Source: Acidobacteriota bacterium (GTDB lineage Bacteria; Acidobacteriota; Polarisedimenticolia; J045). Taken from it: 64,000 nucleotides of DNA. The notes below the pieces were generated by a model. That model was given only the letters and a program-made list of their open reading frames with translations, ran no database searches and was not told the origin of the DNA. The position numbers were made by a program, and so were the translations under genes. The stretch covers positions 6,398 to 70,397 of the forward strand of contig JAXLQU010000002.1 in assembly GCA_046331425.1 (NCBI GenBank), written 5' to 3'. The first letter of the stretch is position 1. Each line of letters starts with the position of its first letter. Of this stretch, positions 1-10,300 are shown one piece after another.

Positions 1-657
1 GATGTTGATTCCCTTGTGCACCACATCTCTGGCGCCCAGAACGACCAGTTGTTGCCATGACGCGCCCAACAGCATCGTTTCGTCGCGGCTGGTGTAGATC
101 AACACCGGAATGTCGTGGCGTGGCAAGGCGCGCAGCACATCGGTCCCTTCGGCGTCGGGCAGCGTCAGATCCAGCACCACCAAGTCGACGGGACGTGTCG
201 CCAGTGCAGCACGGGCCTCAGCCACGGTTCGCACACCGATCGTTTCGTAGGACCGCGACAGCGCCTCGGTTGCCAGACGCAAGAAGAACTCGGTGTCCTC
301 GACAACCAAGACCGTCGGCCGGCGAATCAGTGCGCTCTCGGCCTCGAATCGATGACCACACGCGGGGCAGGCGACATGCTGAGCGTGCTTTCGCTTGGTG
401 TCGCCGGTCGCCGAGCCGGTGTCCCAATCTTCCATCCGCAACATCGCGTCACCGTGCGTGGAGCGGATCACCGGCGGAGGCAGCAACGTGCCGGGAACCC
501 GAATCGCTCCCGTCACACCGTGTGGCGCGGCGCGGAAGCGAATCGCATCGCCGCATGAAGAGCAGGCCACCTCACCGCTCGGTGGAACGGTCGCCTCATG
601 GATCCGTTGCAGGTCCCCGCAGGAGGGGCAGGGGATCTCGATGATATCGATGGCCAT
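1..657 (-). CDS. Response regulator receiver protein with N-terminal tandem zinc-ribbon motifs (3' end runs off the window)
   Basis: Minus-strand translation from ATG (rc of 655-657) gives MAIDIIEIPCPSCG...CSSCG...CPACGH (zinc ribbons), then a CheY-like receiver (TVLVVEDTEFF...DLVVLDLTLPDAEG). Not in the ORF track because no stop lies within the window. Confidence 0.6.
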   Translation of the reverse strand, partial: MAIDIIEIPCPSCGDLQRIHEATVPPSGEVACSSCGDAIRFRAAPHGVTGAIRVPGTLLPPPVIRSTHGDAMLRMEDWDTGSATGDTKRKHAQHVACPACGHRFEAESALIRRPTVLVVEDTEFFLRLATEALSRSYETIGVRTVAEARAALATRPVDLVVLDLTLPDAEGTDVLRALPRHDIPVLIYTSRDETMLLGASWQQLVVLGARDVVHKGINI

Positions 658-711
658 CACCGGGCAAGTTGGGTTGCGGGCAAGCTAATTGCCAGCCGAT
701 TGCGCGGCGCT

Positions 712-1548
712 CTACGGCAAAAACGGGAGCGGATCGACCGGCTCTCCCGACAGCCGGATCTCGAAGTGGACGTGGGGCGCGGTTGCATTCCCGCTCTGGC
801 CGCATTCGGCCACGATCTCCCCCTGCTCGACCCGGTCCCCGGCGGAGACCCGGTTCTTGCTGTTGTGGGAGTAATAAGAGGTGTATCCATCCTCGTGATC
901 GATGATCACCAGTCGGCCATAGTGGCCGCGTGACCCTGCAAACAGAACGCGGCCGGGGCGCGCCGCTCGGACATCGGTCCCAGCCGCCGCGAGAATGTCG
1001 ACCCCGGCGTGGCTATGACTTCGGCGCTCCACTCCAAACCGCGATCCGAGTGGCCCCTCGACCGGCCAGATCCACGAGGCTGCGGCGGAGTGGACCGGCT
1101 CGGCCGTCGAGCTCCGGGTCTGTTGCGTCGAGGCCAGAACGGGCGACGGCTGGATCAGCGAGGCCGGCGTCAACGACCCGCGATCGGGATCTCGATCGAA
1201 TGGCTTGGGGATCGTCAGGCGTTGCCCTTCGAAGATCCGCCGCGGATCGGACAGGCCGTTGGCCGCGGCCAACTCGTCGACAGTCACCGCGAAGTTGCGG
1301 GCGATCCGGTAAGCGGTTTCGCCGCGCCTGACGATGTGGATCACCGGCGATGCGGCCGCGTTGGATACTGTGTCATCGGCCGTTTCATTTTCGAGAGGAG
1401 CTTCCGTGACCGGTCCGTTCGGAGCGATCACACCTTCGGATCGGCGACCACGCGTGGTCGAGCCTTCGGAGTGCGCCGGACCGCCAGTGGAGGCACAGCC
1501 TGTCGCCAACAGGGCGGCAAACCACAGCACGCAGCGCAGTCGATTCAT
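712..1548 (-). CDS. LysM domain / M23 family metallopeptidase lipoprotein (NlpD-like)
   Basis: Internal start MNRLRCVLWFAALLATGCAS (lipobox). LysM motif (IHIVRRGETAYRIARNFAVTVDELAAANGL). M23 motifs HAGVDI and YYSHNS, HVHFEI. Confidence 0.8.
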   Translation of the reverse strand: MNRLRCVLWFAALLATGCASTGGPAHSEGSTTRGRRSEGVIAPNGPVTEAPLENETADDTVSNAAASPVIHIVRRGETAYRIARNFAVTVDELAAANGLSDPRRIFEGQRLTIPKPFDRDPDRGSLTPASLIQPSPVLASTQQTRSSTAEPVHSAAASWIWPVEGPLGSRFGVERRSHSHAGVDILAAAGTDVRAARPGRVLFAGSRGHYGRLVIIDHEDGYTSYYSHNSKNRVSAGDRVEQGEIVAECGQSGNATAPHVHFEIRLSGEPVDPLPFLP

Positions 1549-2438
1549 CACGGGGAGAGATCGTCCCCAAGGTCGAGCAACGCAACCGTAAAAGCCGAAA
1601 GGTCGGCAGGTCCGAGGGCCGCGACTTTGTCGAGCATGCGCTTGGTGCCCGGATCGTTGAACGTGGCTTGTAGGCCGACCGCGGCTCGCAGCACGAAGCC
1701 GCAAGCGACCAGATCGGCGGTCGGTCGCGCGCAGAGCGCGAGTGCCTCTCGAATTGCAGGGATCGCAGGTTTGCCCAGTGCGATCAGCGCGTTTGCAGCA
1801 GCGCCGCGGACGATCGCTCGATCGTTTCCTCCTGCCATCGACAGCAGGGGCGTGGCCGCTCTTTCGCTCGCGGTGTTTCCCAACGCGGCGCAGGCCGCGA
1901 CCCGCACCCACGGGTCACGATGTGCCAATGCTGCCGGCGCACGCGTCAGTAGCGACTCGGGGTCGAGCGTGGCGAGTGCCTCGAGTGCGGTTGCGAAAAC
2001 CTTGCGAGTCAGTTCAGGGTCGGCGTCATCGCGATCCAACCACGTTGCAATCACCATCGCGGCGTCACGCACAGCCAACAGCTTGGCGGCGCGCGCTAGA
2101 TTCACGCGAGCTTGGGCCGTTGTCGCGCGCGGCATCGCCTCGAGTACGAGCGGTCCTGCGATATCGCGCCGCTTGGCAAGCAGATCGTCGAAGGCGCGCT
2201 GCTCGAGTGTGGTCGACACCGTGAGCTTCGAGGCGAGCAACCAGCGCACGGCCGGTTCACCCTCGGCCGCGAGTTGTTTGCGCGCCTCCTCCACATCGGC
2301 CGTGTTGGAGCCGACCTGCCAGAGCGCGGCGCGCGCGAACAGCGCTTCGAATTCGGAGGTGTCGGACTGGGACCACGCCTCACCGCACGCCAACAGAACG
2401 CAACCAAGCGACAGCGCAACGAGCGAGCGATGCCTCAT
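1548..2438 (-). CDS. HEAT/PBS-lyase-like repeat protein with signal peptide
   Basis: Start MRHRSLVALSLGCVLLACGEA. Repeated alpha-helical units (DPWVRVAACAALGN, AIVRGAAANALIALG). ATGA overlap with the downstream M23 gene. Confidence 0.55.
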   Translation of the reverse strand: MRHRSLVALSLGCVLLACGEAWSQSDTSEFEALFARAALWQVGSNTADVEEARKQLAAEGEPAVRWLLASKLTVSTTLEQRAFDDLLAKRRDIAGPLVLEAMPRATTAQARVNLARAAKLLAVRDAAMVIATWLDRDDADPELTRKVFATALEALATLDPESLLTRAPAALAHRDPWVRVAACAALGNTASERAATPLLSMAGGNDRAIVRGAAANALIALGKPAIPAIREALALCARPTADLVACGFVLRAAVGLQATFNDPGTKRMLDKVAALGPADLSAFTVALLDLGDDLSP

Positions 2439-4414
2439 GGTTGAAGGTCCCATCCGGCGCCCCATTGACCGCGGAGCCAAAAATGGTTGTCCGCCGCTTC
2501 ACGTCCGGGATAACGATCTTTGCCTGCCAGATCGAGGAAAAAGCCAAGACTCCCACTGCCACGCGCGGCGGCGCCGCTGCCCAGTCCATCGCTGTCTTGC
2601 GCGAGTTGATAGATGTCGTTACCGGCAGCATCGACGTAGAGCGCGACCGCGTTTGCGTTGCCGTGTCCGAAGGCTGTGCCGCCGCAGATCGAAAGATCGT
2701 TCCCCGCCAGATCGAGCAAGACACCGGTGGCGAGATCGTGGGACGCACCTTGTGCCGGCCCGAACACCGCGGATTTCACATCGTCGCCAGCCAGATCGGC
2801 CAATAGTCCCGAAGCCAGATGCACGCCGGCCCCTTGGCCATACTGACCGAGCGTGTAGGCGTCATGACCGTCGCCATCGATCAAGATCCCGAGTGCGTAC
2901 CAATACCCCACGCCTTGCCCGTAGATGTCAGCTTGATAGCGATCGTTGCCCGCCGCATCGAGCAGCGCACCGATGCCACCGGCGACAGCCGGATAACGCC
3001 ATCCGAACCCCATCCCTTGTCCCAGGCTCTGCTCGCGCTCGGGATGCAACGGCGCATCTTTGTAGCGCAGGCCCAAGCGGTATGTGTCGTTTCCGCTGCG
3101 ATCGAACAACACGCCGACGCCGTGGCTGCTGCCGAACCCTTGCGCCTCGCGCGAAGCGATGTAGACGTCATCGCCGCCCGCATCGAGCGCGAGTCCGACA
3201 CCAAAAGCGGCAGCCCCTTGCGCCAGCGAATCGGCGCGATAAGTGTCGTTGCCCGCGCCGTCGATCAGCAGCGCCGCTCCCAGAAACGCGGCCCCTTGCG
3301 TAAGCAATGGTCCGTCGTAGCGATCATCGCCCTGCACATCGCGCAACAGTGTGATGCCCAGCAACGCCCCGCCCGCCGTTCCCCAAGCGTCACCGCGATA
3401 GGTGTCGTTGCCGCTCAGGTCGAGCACGGTTACCAGTGAGGCGCCCCCGTCGAGCGGGAGTGCGGGCGCGTCGTACTCGTAACGATCATCGCCGCCGAGA
3501 TCGATCACGATCGCGTCCTTGACGTGCCAGACGTTGGGTCCACTGCTTCCCAGGTACATGTCGCCGGCAACGGTTGGGAAAGGACCCATCGCGCGCCCTT
3601 CGACGCCGGGAATATCGTGACGCCAACCGGTACTCGGTTCGATAGCGGGGCGATTTTCCAAGCAGGTGTCGGATGCCACCAGGAGTGTGAGTGTCGCGCG
3701 CGCCAAGGCGCTGCGATCGACGACCGCAGCGCGCAACAGCAGCGCCCGTGTGGCCGCTGCATCGAGGCTGTGTGCTGGATCGACGCTGCTCGGCAGTTGC
3801 GGGCGCGCACCGGGAGTTTGATCACCTTCGTCGAGCCAAAGCTGGGGCAGCGAGGCAATCAAGGCATGACGAGTCGGGGGATCCAGCGGCGCCAGCGCCT
3901 CACGTGCCATCAAGCGCGCGCGCGCCGCGTCGATCGCCAGAATCGCCAGCGTCGATTGCCAACCGTCGTCGAGCGTCGGCGCGACCTTCGCGATCGCATC
4001 CTTTTCGTTGGCCAGTTGCAGCAGTTGGTCGCCCGAAGCGCGATCGTCAGCCAGCCGGTAGCGTTCGTCGGCCGCGACTCCCAACGCATCGAATGCTTGC
4101 GCGGCAATCACGAACGCCAATGCTCCGGCTTGATCGAGGCGCGGCGCTTCTTTCACCAATTGCGCCCACGGCTCGGCCGCGTCGACCAACGCTTTGGGTG
4201 AAACCAGCGCTGCGTCCACCACCGGCAAGCGCAGCGAGGTGGCGCTCAGATCGCGCGGATATTCCAGGTCGGCCGCGGTGAACCCACTCCTGCGCAGCAG
4301 CTTGGAATATGCCTGGTCGACAGCCGAAGGCCACAGCACCGGTGAGGGAGGCTCGGCCGCGTTGGTCCTGACAGCAATCAACGAGAGTGCGAGGGCAATC
4401 GCGAGGCGGCGCAT
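2435..4414 (-). CDS. Secreted repeat protein with about 10 tandem G(N/D)DxY units (beta-helix/beta-roll-like)
   Basis: Signal peptide MRRLAIALALSLIAVRTNAA. Recurring DxxGNDTYRxD, DAAGNDRYQAD and DGDGHDAYTLG units about every 23 aa. Confidence 0.5.
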   Translation of the reverse strand: MRRLAIALALSLIAVRTNAAEPPSPVLWPSAVDQAYSKLLRRSGFTAADLEYPRDLSATSLRLPVVDAALVSPKALVDAAEPWAQLVKEAPRLDQAGALAFVIAAQAFDALGVAADERYRLADDRASGDQLLQLANEKDAIAKVAPTLDDGWQSTLAILAIDAARARLMAREALAPLDPPTRHALIASLPQLWLDEGDQTPGARPQLPSSVDPAHSLDAAATRALLLRAAVVDRSALARATLTLLVASDTCLENRPAIEPSTGWRHDIPGVEGRAMGPFPTVAGDMYLGSSGPNVWHVKDAIVIDLGGDDRYEYDAPALPLDGGASLVTVLDLSGNDTYRGDAWGTAGGALLGITLLRDVQGDDRYDGPLLTQGAAFLGAALLIDGAGNDTYRADSLAQGAAAFGVGLALDAGGDDVYIASREAQGFGSSHGVGVLFDRSGNDTYRLGLRYKDAPLHPEREQSLGQGMGFGWRYPAVAGGIGALLDAAGNDRYQADIYGQGVGYWYALGILIDGDGHDAYTLGQYGQGAGVHLASGLLADLAGDDVKSAVFGPAQGASHDLATGVLLDLAGNDLSICGGTAFGHGNANAVALYVDAAGNDIYQLAQDSDGLGSGAAARGSGSLGFFLDLAGKDRYPGREAADNHFWLRGQWGAGWDLQP

Positions 4415-4458
4415 CGGCGCGTTATACCGCACCTCGCGCTGTATTTCGTGGACACCCC

Positions 4459-7191
4459 TTACTTCTTCGCGATTGCCGGATCTTCCATCAGTGACTGAGC
4501 ACGGGCGACCCAGTGGCGTTGCTCGAGCCGCCGCGCGATCTCGACGGCTCGTTGCGCCTCGGCGCGCGCGCCGGGCCGATCGCCGCGATCGAGCATTACG
4601 CGCGCCAGGGCCAATCGGGTCTCGGCCAGGTTGCTGACATCGCCGGCCCGTTCGCGCCACGCCAGCGCCTCGCCGATCGAGCGCGTCGCGTCATCGAAGT
4701 TGCCGCGAGCATGTTGCAACTCACCCTGCGCCAGCATCGCCTCGGCCAACATCACCTTGGCGCCCGTGGTGCGCGCGATCGCAAGCTGTTCATCGAGATA
4801 CTGCTGCGCTTGATCCAACCGGTTCTGTGCGCGCGCGATCGTCTGTGCCACGCCCAAGATCTTGCCGACCATCAAGCGATCGCCCGACTCGCGTGCGTGG
4901 GTCAACGCTTCGTCGACATGGGTACGTGCGTCATCCAACGCGTCGCGTCGCATGTAGACGGTCGCGATCAGCCCATCGATCTGTGCCTCTCGTCCGCGCA
5001 TCGGAAGCTCGACCGCGATCCGATGGGCGGCCTCCAGATGCCGCATCGCCTCGTCCAACGCTCCCAGATCCAACGCCACGATCGCGACGTTGCGCAATCC
5101 CGAGGCCTCCAGCGCACGATTGCCGGTGCGCCGCGCGATATCGAGCAACGATGCCGCCATCTCACGAGCCGAGCGCGTATCACCCAACATCCCCTGCAAG
5201 GGACCCAACGCGGCCAACACACTGGCCTCGCCCACCGGATCTTCGAGCTCGACATAATCGGTGCGCGCCTCGCCCAGGTGCCCGCGTGCCGCCGTCAGTT
5301 CGCCTTGATACAACTCGAGCACACCCAAGTTGCCGAGCACGGCCGCCTTGGCGCGCCAATATCCAATCTCGCGATAGGTCGCCAGCGCTTGCCCGTAGAG
5401 CGTGCGTGCGCGATCCAATTCACCGAGCTCACGCGCGATCACACCCGACTGCGTCAGCGCGTCGGCAACGCCCGCGCGATCGCCGGCCGCCTCCGACATC
5501 GAGCGCGAACGATCCAGCAGCGCCAGCGCCGGCTGCAGTTGACCTTGCGCGCGTCGTCCGGCGGCTTCGACCGCCAAAGCAAACGCTTCGATCCAAGTGG
5601 CCCCCGAGCGGCGCGCCTTGTCGACCGCGTGCTCGGCGGCCGCGGTCTGCCGCTCGTATTGCGCCAAACTCTGCGCGGCGAGTGCCTCTTGCATATCGAC
5701 CCGCGGATCGTCGCGCAAAGGTGCCGGCAGGCGCCGTAGCGCGACGACGACACTCAACGCTTCCTGTCCGCGTCCGCCGCGCGTCAGTACCTCGGCCAAC
5801 GACAGGCCGTATTCCAAATCGTCGGGATAGAACGTCCACAAGCTGCGATAGGTTTCGCTGGCGCGGCGCCAGTCGCCGGAAAGTTCCCAGCGTCGCGCCT
5901 CGATCAACAACCGCTCGGGGCGCGCCAACGATGTCGACAACTCGGACGCTTTGACAGCCTGTTCCGCTGCGCGGTTGTCGTAGCCGAGTGCCGACCAAGC
6001 TTGGGCCAGAGCACCGTGAATCAACGCTGACGACGGATCGGCTTGCGTCGCTTCGGTCAAGCGGTCGCGTGCCGTAACAGCGTCGAAGCGGCGCAACGCA
6101 GCGAGCCCTTCGGCGTACAGCCGAGCGGCCTCGGCATTGGCCGGCTGCGAGGCGTGTGCCGCAGCGATCTGTTCGTCGCTGACATCGCCAACACCGAGTG
6201 CGTTCCTCAGCTTCGCACCGAGCCGCGATACCAACGAGAACAGTTCCGCTTGACTGGCCTCTTCCGACATCGTGGCGGTGACCTCTCCGCTGGGCAGAGT
6301 GATCAGACGCAAATCGACACGCAATCGCGGTGGATCGGCGTTGGCCAGCATCAAGTAGGTGCCGCTGACGAGGGTGCGTGCGCCGAGCGAATCGTGGAGC
6401 AGTGCGGTGTGGACACCCGCGGTTGAAACCGTCGTTGCTGTCGGTGCAGCGTCCGACGGTTGACCGAGCACCGCTGCGGAGCTGTCGGCGACCACCCGGA
6501 CGCGTGCTCCTGCCGCAATTTCGGTGGTGAGCATTTCGGCCAAGGCGGTCTTGAGCCAGGCCGAGTTGGGAGACTCGGAAAGATCTTTCGGTGAGGAGAT
6601 CGCCACGATCGGTCGGGGTGTTGCTGCGGTGGCGATCGATGGCTGACTCGGCGTCGAGCCTGGCCGCAATGCAACCACGACCCAGATCGTGACCACGACC
6701 AAGATCAGGGCGATCAGTGCCGAAGCGGCCATCATCCGTTTGCGCCCGGCGGGGTGCGGCGGCGCCAAGTCGATCGCCGGGTCGAGTGTCGAGGTGACGG
6801 GGCCGATCGGTTCGCGATGCGGTTCAACCGCCGGCGGATCGACATACGCTTGGCCACTCGGGGTAACAGTCTGGACCTCGGTCGCAAACATGAACCCTTG
6901 GCCCGGCACGGTGACGACATACCGGTGGTCGCCCGCGTGCTCCCCGAGACTCTTGCGCAACCAAAAGACTGCCTGACTCAGGCTAGCCTCGCTGACGCTG
7001 GTGTCCGGCCAGAGTCGTTCCAGCAGTTCTTCCTTACTGATCACCGTCCCGGGGCGCTCGAGCAAGACCAAGAGCATCGACAGCGCCTTGGGCATGATCG
7101 CCACCGATTGACCATCGAACAACAGAACGCGGCGAAGTGGGTCGGCCACGAACTGGTCGAAAGAGTAGAGCTTGCGTTCCGCAATCGTCAT
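4459..7191 (-). CDS. Membrane-anchored OmpR/CadC-type winged-helix transcriptional regulator with C-terminal TPR domain
   Basis: N-terminal trans_reg_C-like domain (YSFDQFVADPLRRVLLFDGQSVAIMPKALSMLLVLLERPGTVISKEELLERLWPD). TM helix ALIALILVVVTIWVVVAL. Long TPR region. Confidence 0.7.
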   Translation of the reverse strand: MTIAERKLYSFDQFVADPLRRVLLFDGQSVAIMPKALSMLLVLLERPGTVISKEELLERLWPDTSVSEASLSQAVFWLRKSLGEHAGDHRYVVTVPGQGFMFATEVQTVTPSGQAYVDPPAVEPHREPIGPVTSTLDPAIDLAPPHPAGRKRMMAASALIALILVVVTIWVVVALRPGSTPSQPSIATAATPRPIVAISSPKDLSESPNSAWLKTALAEMLTTEIAAGARVRVVADSSAAVLGQPSDAAPTATTVSTAGVHTALLHDSLGARTLVSGTYLMLANADPPRLRVDLRLITLPSGEVTATMSEEASQAELFSLVSRLGAKLRNALGVGDVSDEQIAAAHASQPANAEAARLYAEGLAALRRFDAVTARDRLTEATQADPSSALIHGALAQAWSALGYDNRAAEQAVKASELSTSLARPERLLIEARRWELSGDWRRASETYRSLWTFYPDDLEYGLSLAEVLTRGGRGQEALSVVVALRRLPAPLRDDPRVDMQEALAAQSLAQYERQTAAAEHAVDKARRSGATWIEAFALAVEAAGRRAQGQLQPALALLDRSRSMSEAAGDRAGVADALTQSGVIARELGELDRARTLYGQALATYREIGYWRAKAAVLGNLGVLELYQGELTAARGHLGEARTDYVELEDPVGEASVLAALGPLQGMLGDTRSAREMAASLLDIARRTGNRALEASGLRNVAIVALDLGALDEAMRHLEAAHRIAVELPMRGREAQIDGLIATVYMRRDALDDARTHVDEALTHARESGDRLMVGKILGVAQTIARAQNRLDQAQQYLDEQLAIARTTGAKVMLAEAMLAQGELQHARGNFDDATRSIGEALAWRERAGDVSNLAETRLALARVMLDRGDRPGARAEAQRAVEIARRLEQRHWVARAQSLMEDPAIAKK

Positions 7192-7388
7192 GGTCGTATC
7201 GGGTTCTCGATGGGACCAGAAAGATAAGAAGAAATGACCCATCGTCCTAAAGTTTTCTAAAACCCCCCCTTCGTAACGTGTCGCCGAACCGCCGCCAGTG
7301 TCCGCAAGGCACTCGATCAGGATTGTCTGACATCAAGACGGGGACAATTGGCGATGGATGTTCGGCTCGGTGGAGCCGGGGAGGATCG

Positions 7389-10300
7389 ATGGTCGGGTCA
7401 ACGAGAGTTATCAGTGCACTCGCCACAGTGACGACGCTCGGAGCCCTTGCGCTGGCCGCGGAGCCCTCGCGGGTCTCGCTCGCCCGCGGCGTGAGCTTGG
7501 CGCCGGCGGCCGGCGTGGCTGGCTCGACCGTCAATTCCTTGCTGCGTGCCGATCTCGATCGAGACGGTCGCGCGGAACTCATCGCTGCCTATCGCGCTCC
7601 GCAGGGCGGTGCCGTCGCGATCTATCACCAAGATCATTCCGGCCGATACCAAGACCAGGTACAAGTCTTCACACTCCTGGCTCGGCCCGATTTCCTCGCG
7701 GCGATCGATGCGGATGCCGATGGCAACCTCGACCTGGTTGCCGGGACACGCGGATCGGCCGTGCTCGAAGTTTTGGTGGGCGATGGTCGCGGTTGGCTGC
7801 AGCAAGCGCGGCCGGTGGTTCTCGGGGGTGCGCTCAGTGCGATGGCAGCGGCCGACGTCGATCGCGACAGCGTGGGCGAGGTCGCGGTAGCGATCGAGTC
7901 GAGCGTGCAGTTGCTCAGTTCCACGCGCGGCATCATGGCGGCGTCCCCGATTGAAATCGCGCGTGCCGACAGCAACGTAAACGCGCTGTTGTTTGCACAA
8001 CTGGACAACGGGTTTGCGCTGGACTTGGCGCTCGCCACCGACCGAAGCGTCAGCGTCGTGCGCGGCAACGAGCAGAACTTCAGCGGTGCAGCAATCAGTT
8101 CGACGCTGCTCGAAAGCGCTGTCGGTTCGATCACAGCAGCGAGTTTCGTTCCAGGTCGGCCCGCACAACTTGCGGTTCTGACCGGTGACGGCCTGGTGCA
8201 GCTATTCGATGCGCGCAGCGGGCTTCGCGAGGAGCGCCGGCTCGCCGTGGGCACGACTGCCAGCAAATTGACCAGCGGAAAATTCTCGTCCGGCGACGGC
8301 AGTGACCTGGTGGTCCTGGGCGACAACTGGTTGCGACTGATAGCCGGCGGCCATGACTTCGGCTTTACCGCCACCGATCTTCCGCAGCGAGGTCGACCAC
8401 TCGATGCGCTCGCTGCCCCCTCGACGAACGGCGGGCTTTCCGATTTGGTGCTTGCGCTCGATGATGCCGGCGCACCCGTGATCTCGGCGCAAGGCAACGA
8501 CGCCGCATTCGTCGTGACATCGACCGCCGATACAGCCGATGCAGTGATCGACGGTGTCTGCGACGACGGCGCCGGCAACTGCACTCTGCGCGCGGCGATT
8601 CAAGAAGCGAATGCTGCGATTGGCGCCGACACGATCACGTTCAACCTCGGGGCGGGAACGCCGACGATCACGCTGGCCACGGCGATGGTGCAAATCGTCG
8701 ATACGGTCGACATCAACGGCAACACGGGCGGATCGACGCGGGTCGAACTCAACGGCAATTCGATCACGCAACCGCCGATCTTCCTGGCGGTCGGCAGCTC
8801 GGGCAGCGCGATTCGTGGTTTGGTGATCAATCGAGCGGGAACGGCGACCACCGGTGCCCCGGGAATTCGCATCGAGTCGGGCAGCAACCTGGTGGAAAAC
8901 TGCTACATCGGCACCGACAACGCCGGCGGCAGCACCGTGGCGCAAAACCGCGGTGGCGGCGTGATCATCACCGGCACGGCGGCCACCGGGAACACGATCG
9001 GCGGCACCACTGCGGCGCAGCGCAACCTGATCTCTCGCAACTCGCTCGATGGCGTCTTGATCGTGCGGGCGCCACCAGCAACAGGGTGCTCGGCAATACA
9101 TCGGCGTCGATGCCACAGGCAATGTCGGAGCGGGGAACAGCCGGATGGGAGTCAATGTCACCGGCGGAGCGCAGAACAACCTGATCGGCGACGACACCGC
9201 GACGCCGGGAACAGCTCCGGGCAATGTCCTGGCCGGCAACAGCACGAATTCGATTGCGTTCAACGGCAGCACCGTCAGCGGAAACATCGTGCGCGGCAAC
9301 ACCATGGGACTGCGCGCCGACGCCACCGGCACCATCTTCAGCTCGGGTGACGGCGTCAACATGCAAACCGGCACCAACAACAACACCGTCGGTGGTTCGA
9401 CCAGCGCCGCACGCAATGTCATCGGCGGTCAGAGCAGCGACGGGGTCGAGATCAACGGCGCGTCGGGCGCGGTAACCAGCAATCGCATCATCGGTAACTA
9501 CATTGGTGTGGGGCTCGATGGTTCGACGACGCGCGCCAACAGCGGCAACGGAGTCTTGATCACCGGCGGCGGGCAGAACAATCGAATCGGCGACGACACG
9601 GCGACGCCTGGAACGGCGCCGGGCAACGTGATCGCCGGCAACACCACCGACGGGATTCAACTGGTCAGCAATAGCTCGACCGGCAACCGGATCGCCGGGA
9701 ACATCCTCGGCCTCAATGCTGCAGGGTCGGTGCGCACCGGAAACCGCAACGGCATCTTCATCAATGGCGCGCAGAGTACGCAGATCGGCGGCCCGACCAC
9801 GCTCCAGCGCAACATCATTTCGGGTCAGAACGGCACTGGCGTCGAAGGCAGCGGCATCATGCTCAAGACCGGCAGCGGCGCCATCAACACCAAGATCGAA
9901 GGGAACTACATCGGCACCGACATCAACGGCACCGTCGCGCTGTTCAACAACAGGAACGGAATCGAGATCAGTGTGGCCAGCGGCGCCTCGATCACGGGGA
10001 CGTTCATCGGTGGGTTGACAGCGACACCAGGAACGCCTCCCGGTAACGTCGTTTCCGGCAACAATACCGACGGCATCTTCATCAGCGGCGCTTCCGTCAC
10101 TGGCGTAACGATCCAAGGCAACATCGTCGGCTTGAACGCCAGCGGTAACGCGATCCTGAAAAACAGCTCCAACGGAATCCAACTGACCTCCGGAACGGTC
10201 AACAACTTGATCGGCGGATCGACCAGTTCGGCGCGCAACATCGTCTCGGGCAACGCGTCGGGCAGCACCAGTTCGTTCTCGTCCGGGATCAGCATCAACA

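Noticed and set aside
1009-3303. 764-aa plus-strand ORF, Arg/Pro-rich
   Set aside because: Antisense to three well-supported minus-strand genes (M23 peptidase, HEAT protein, GNDxY protein). Composition typical of GC-driven spurious ORFs.
4513-5954. Plus-strand ORFs of 408 and 375 aa
   Set aside because: Antisense to the CadC-like/TPR regulator gene.
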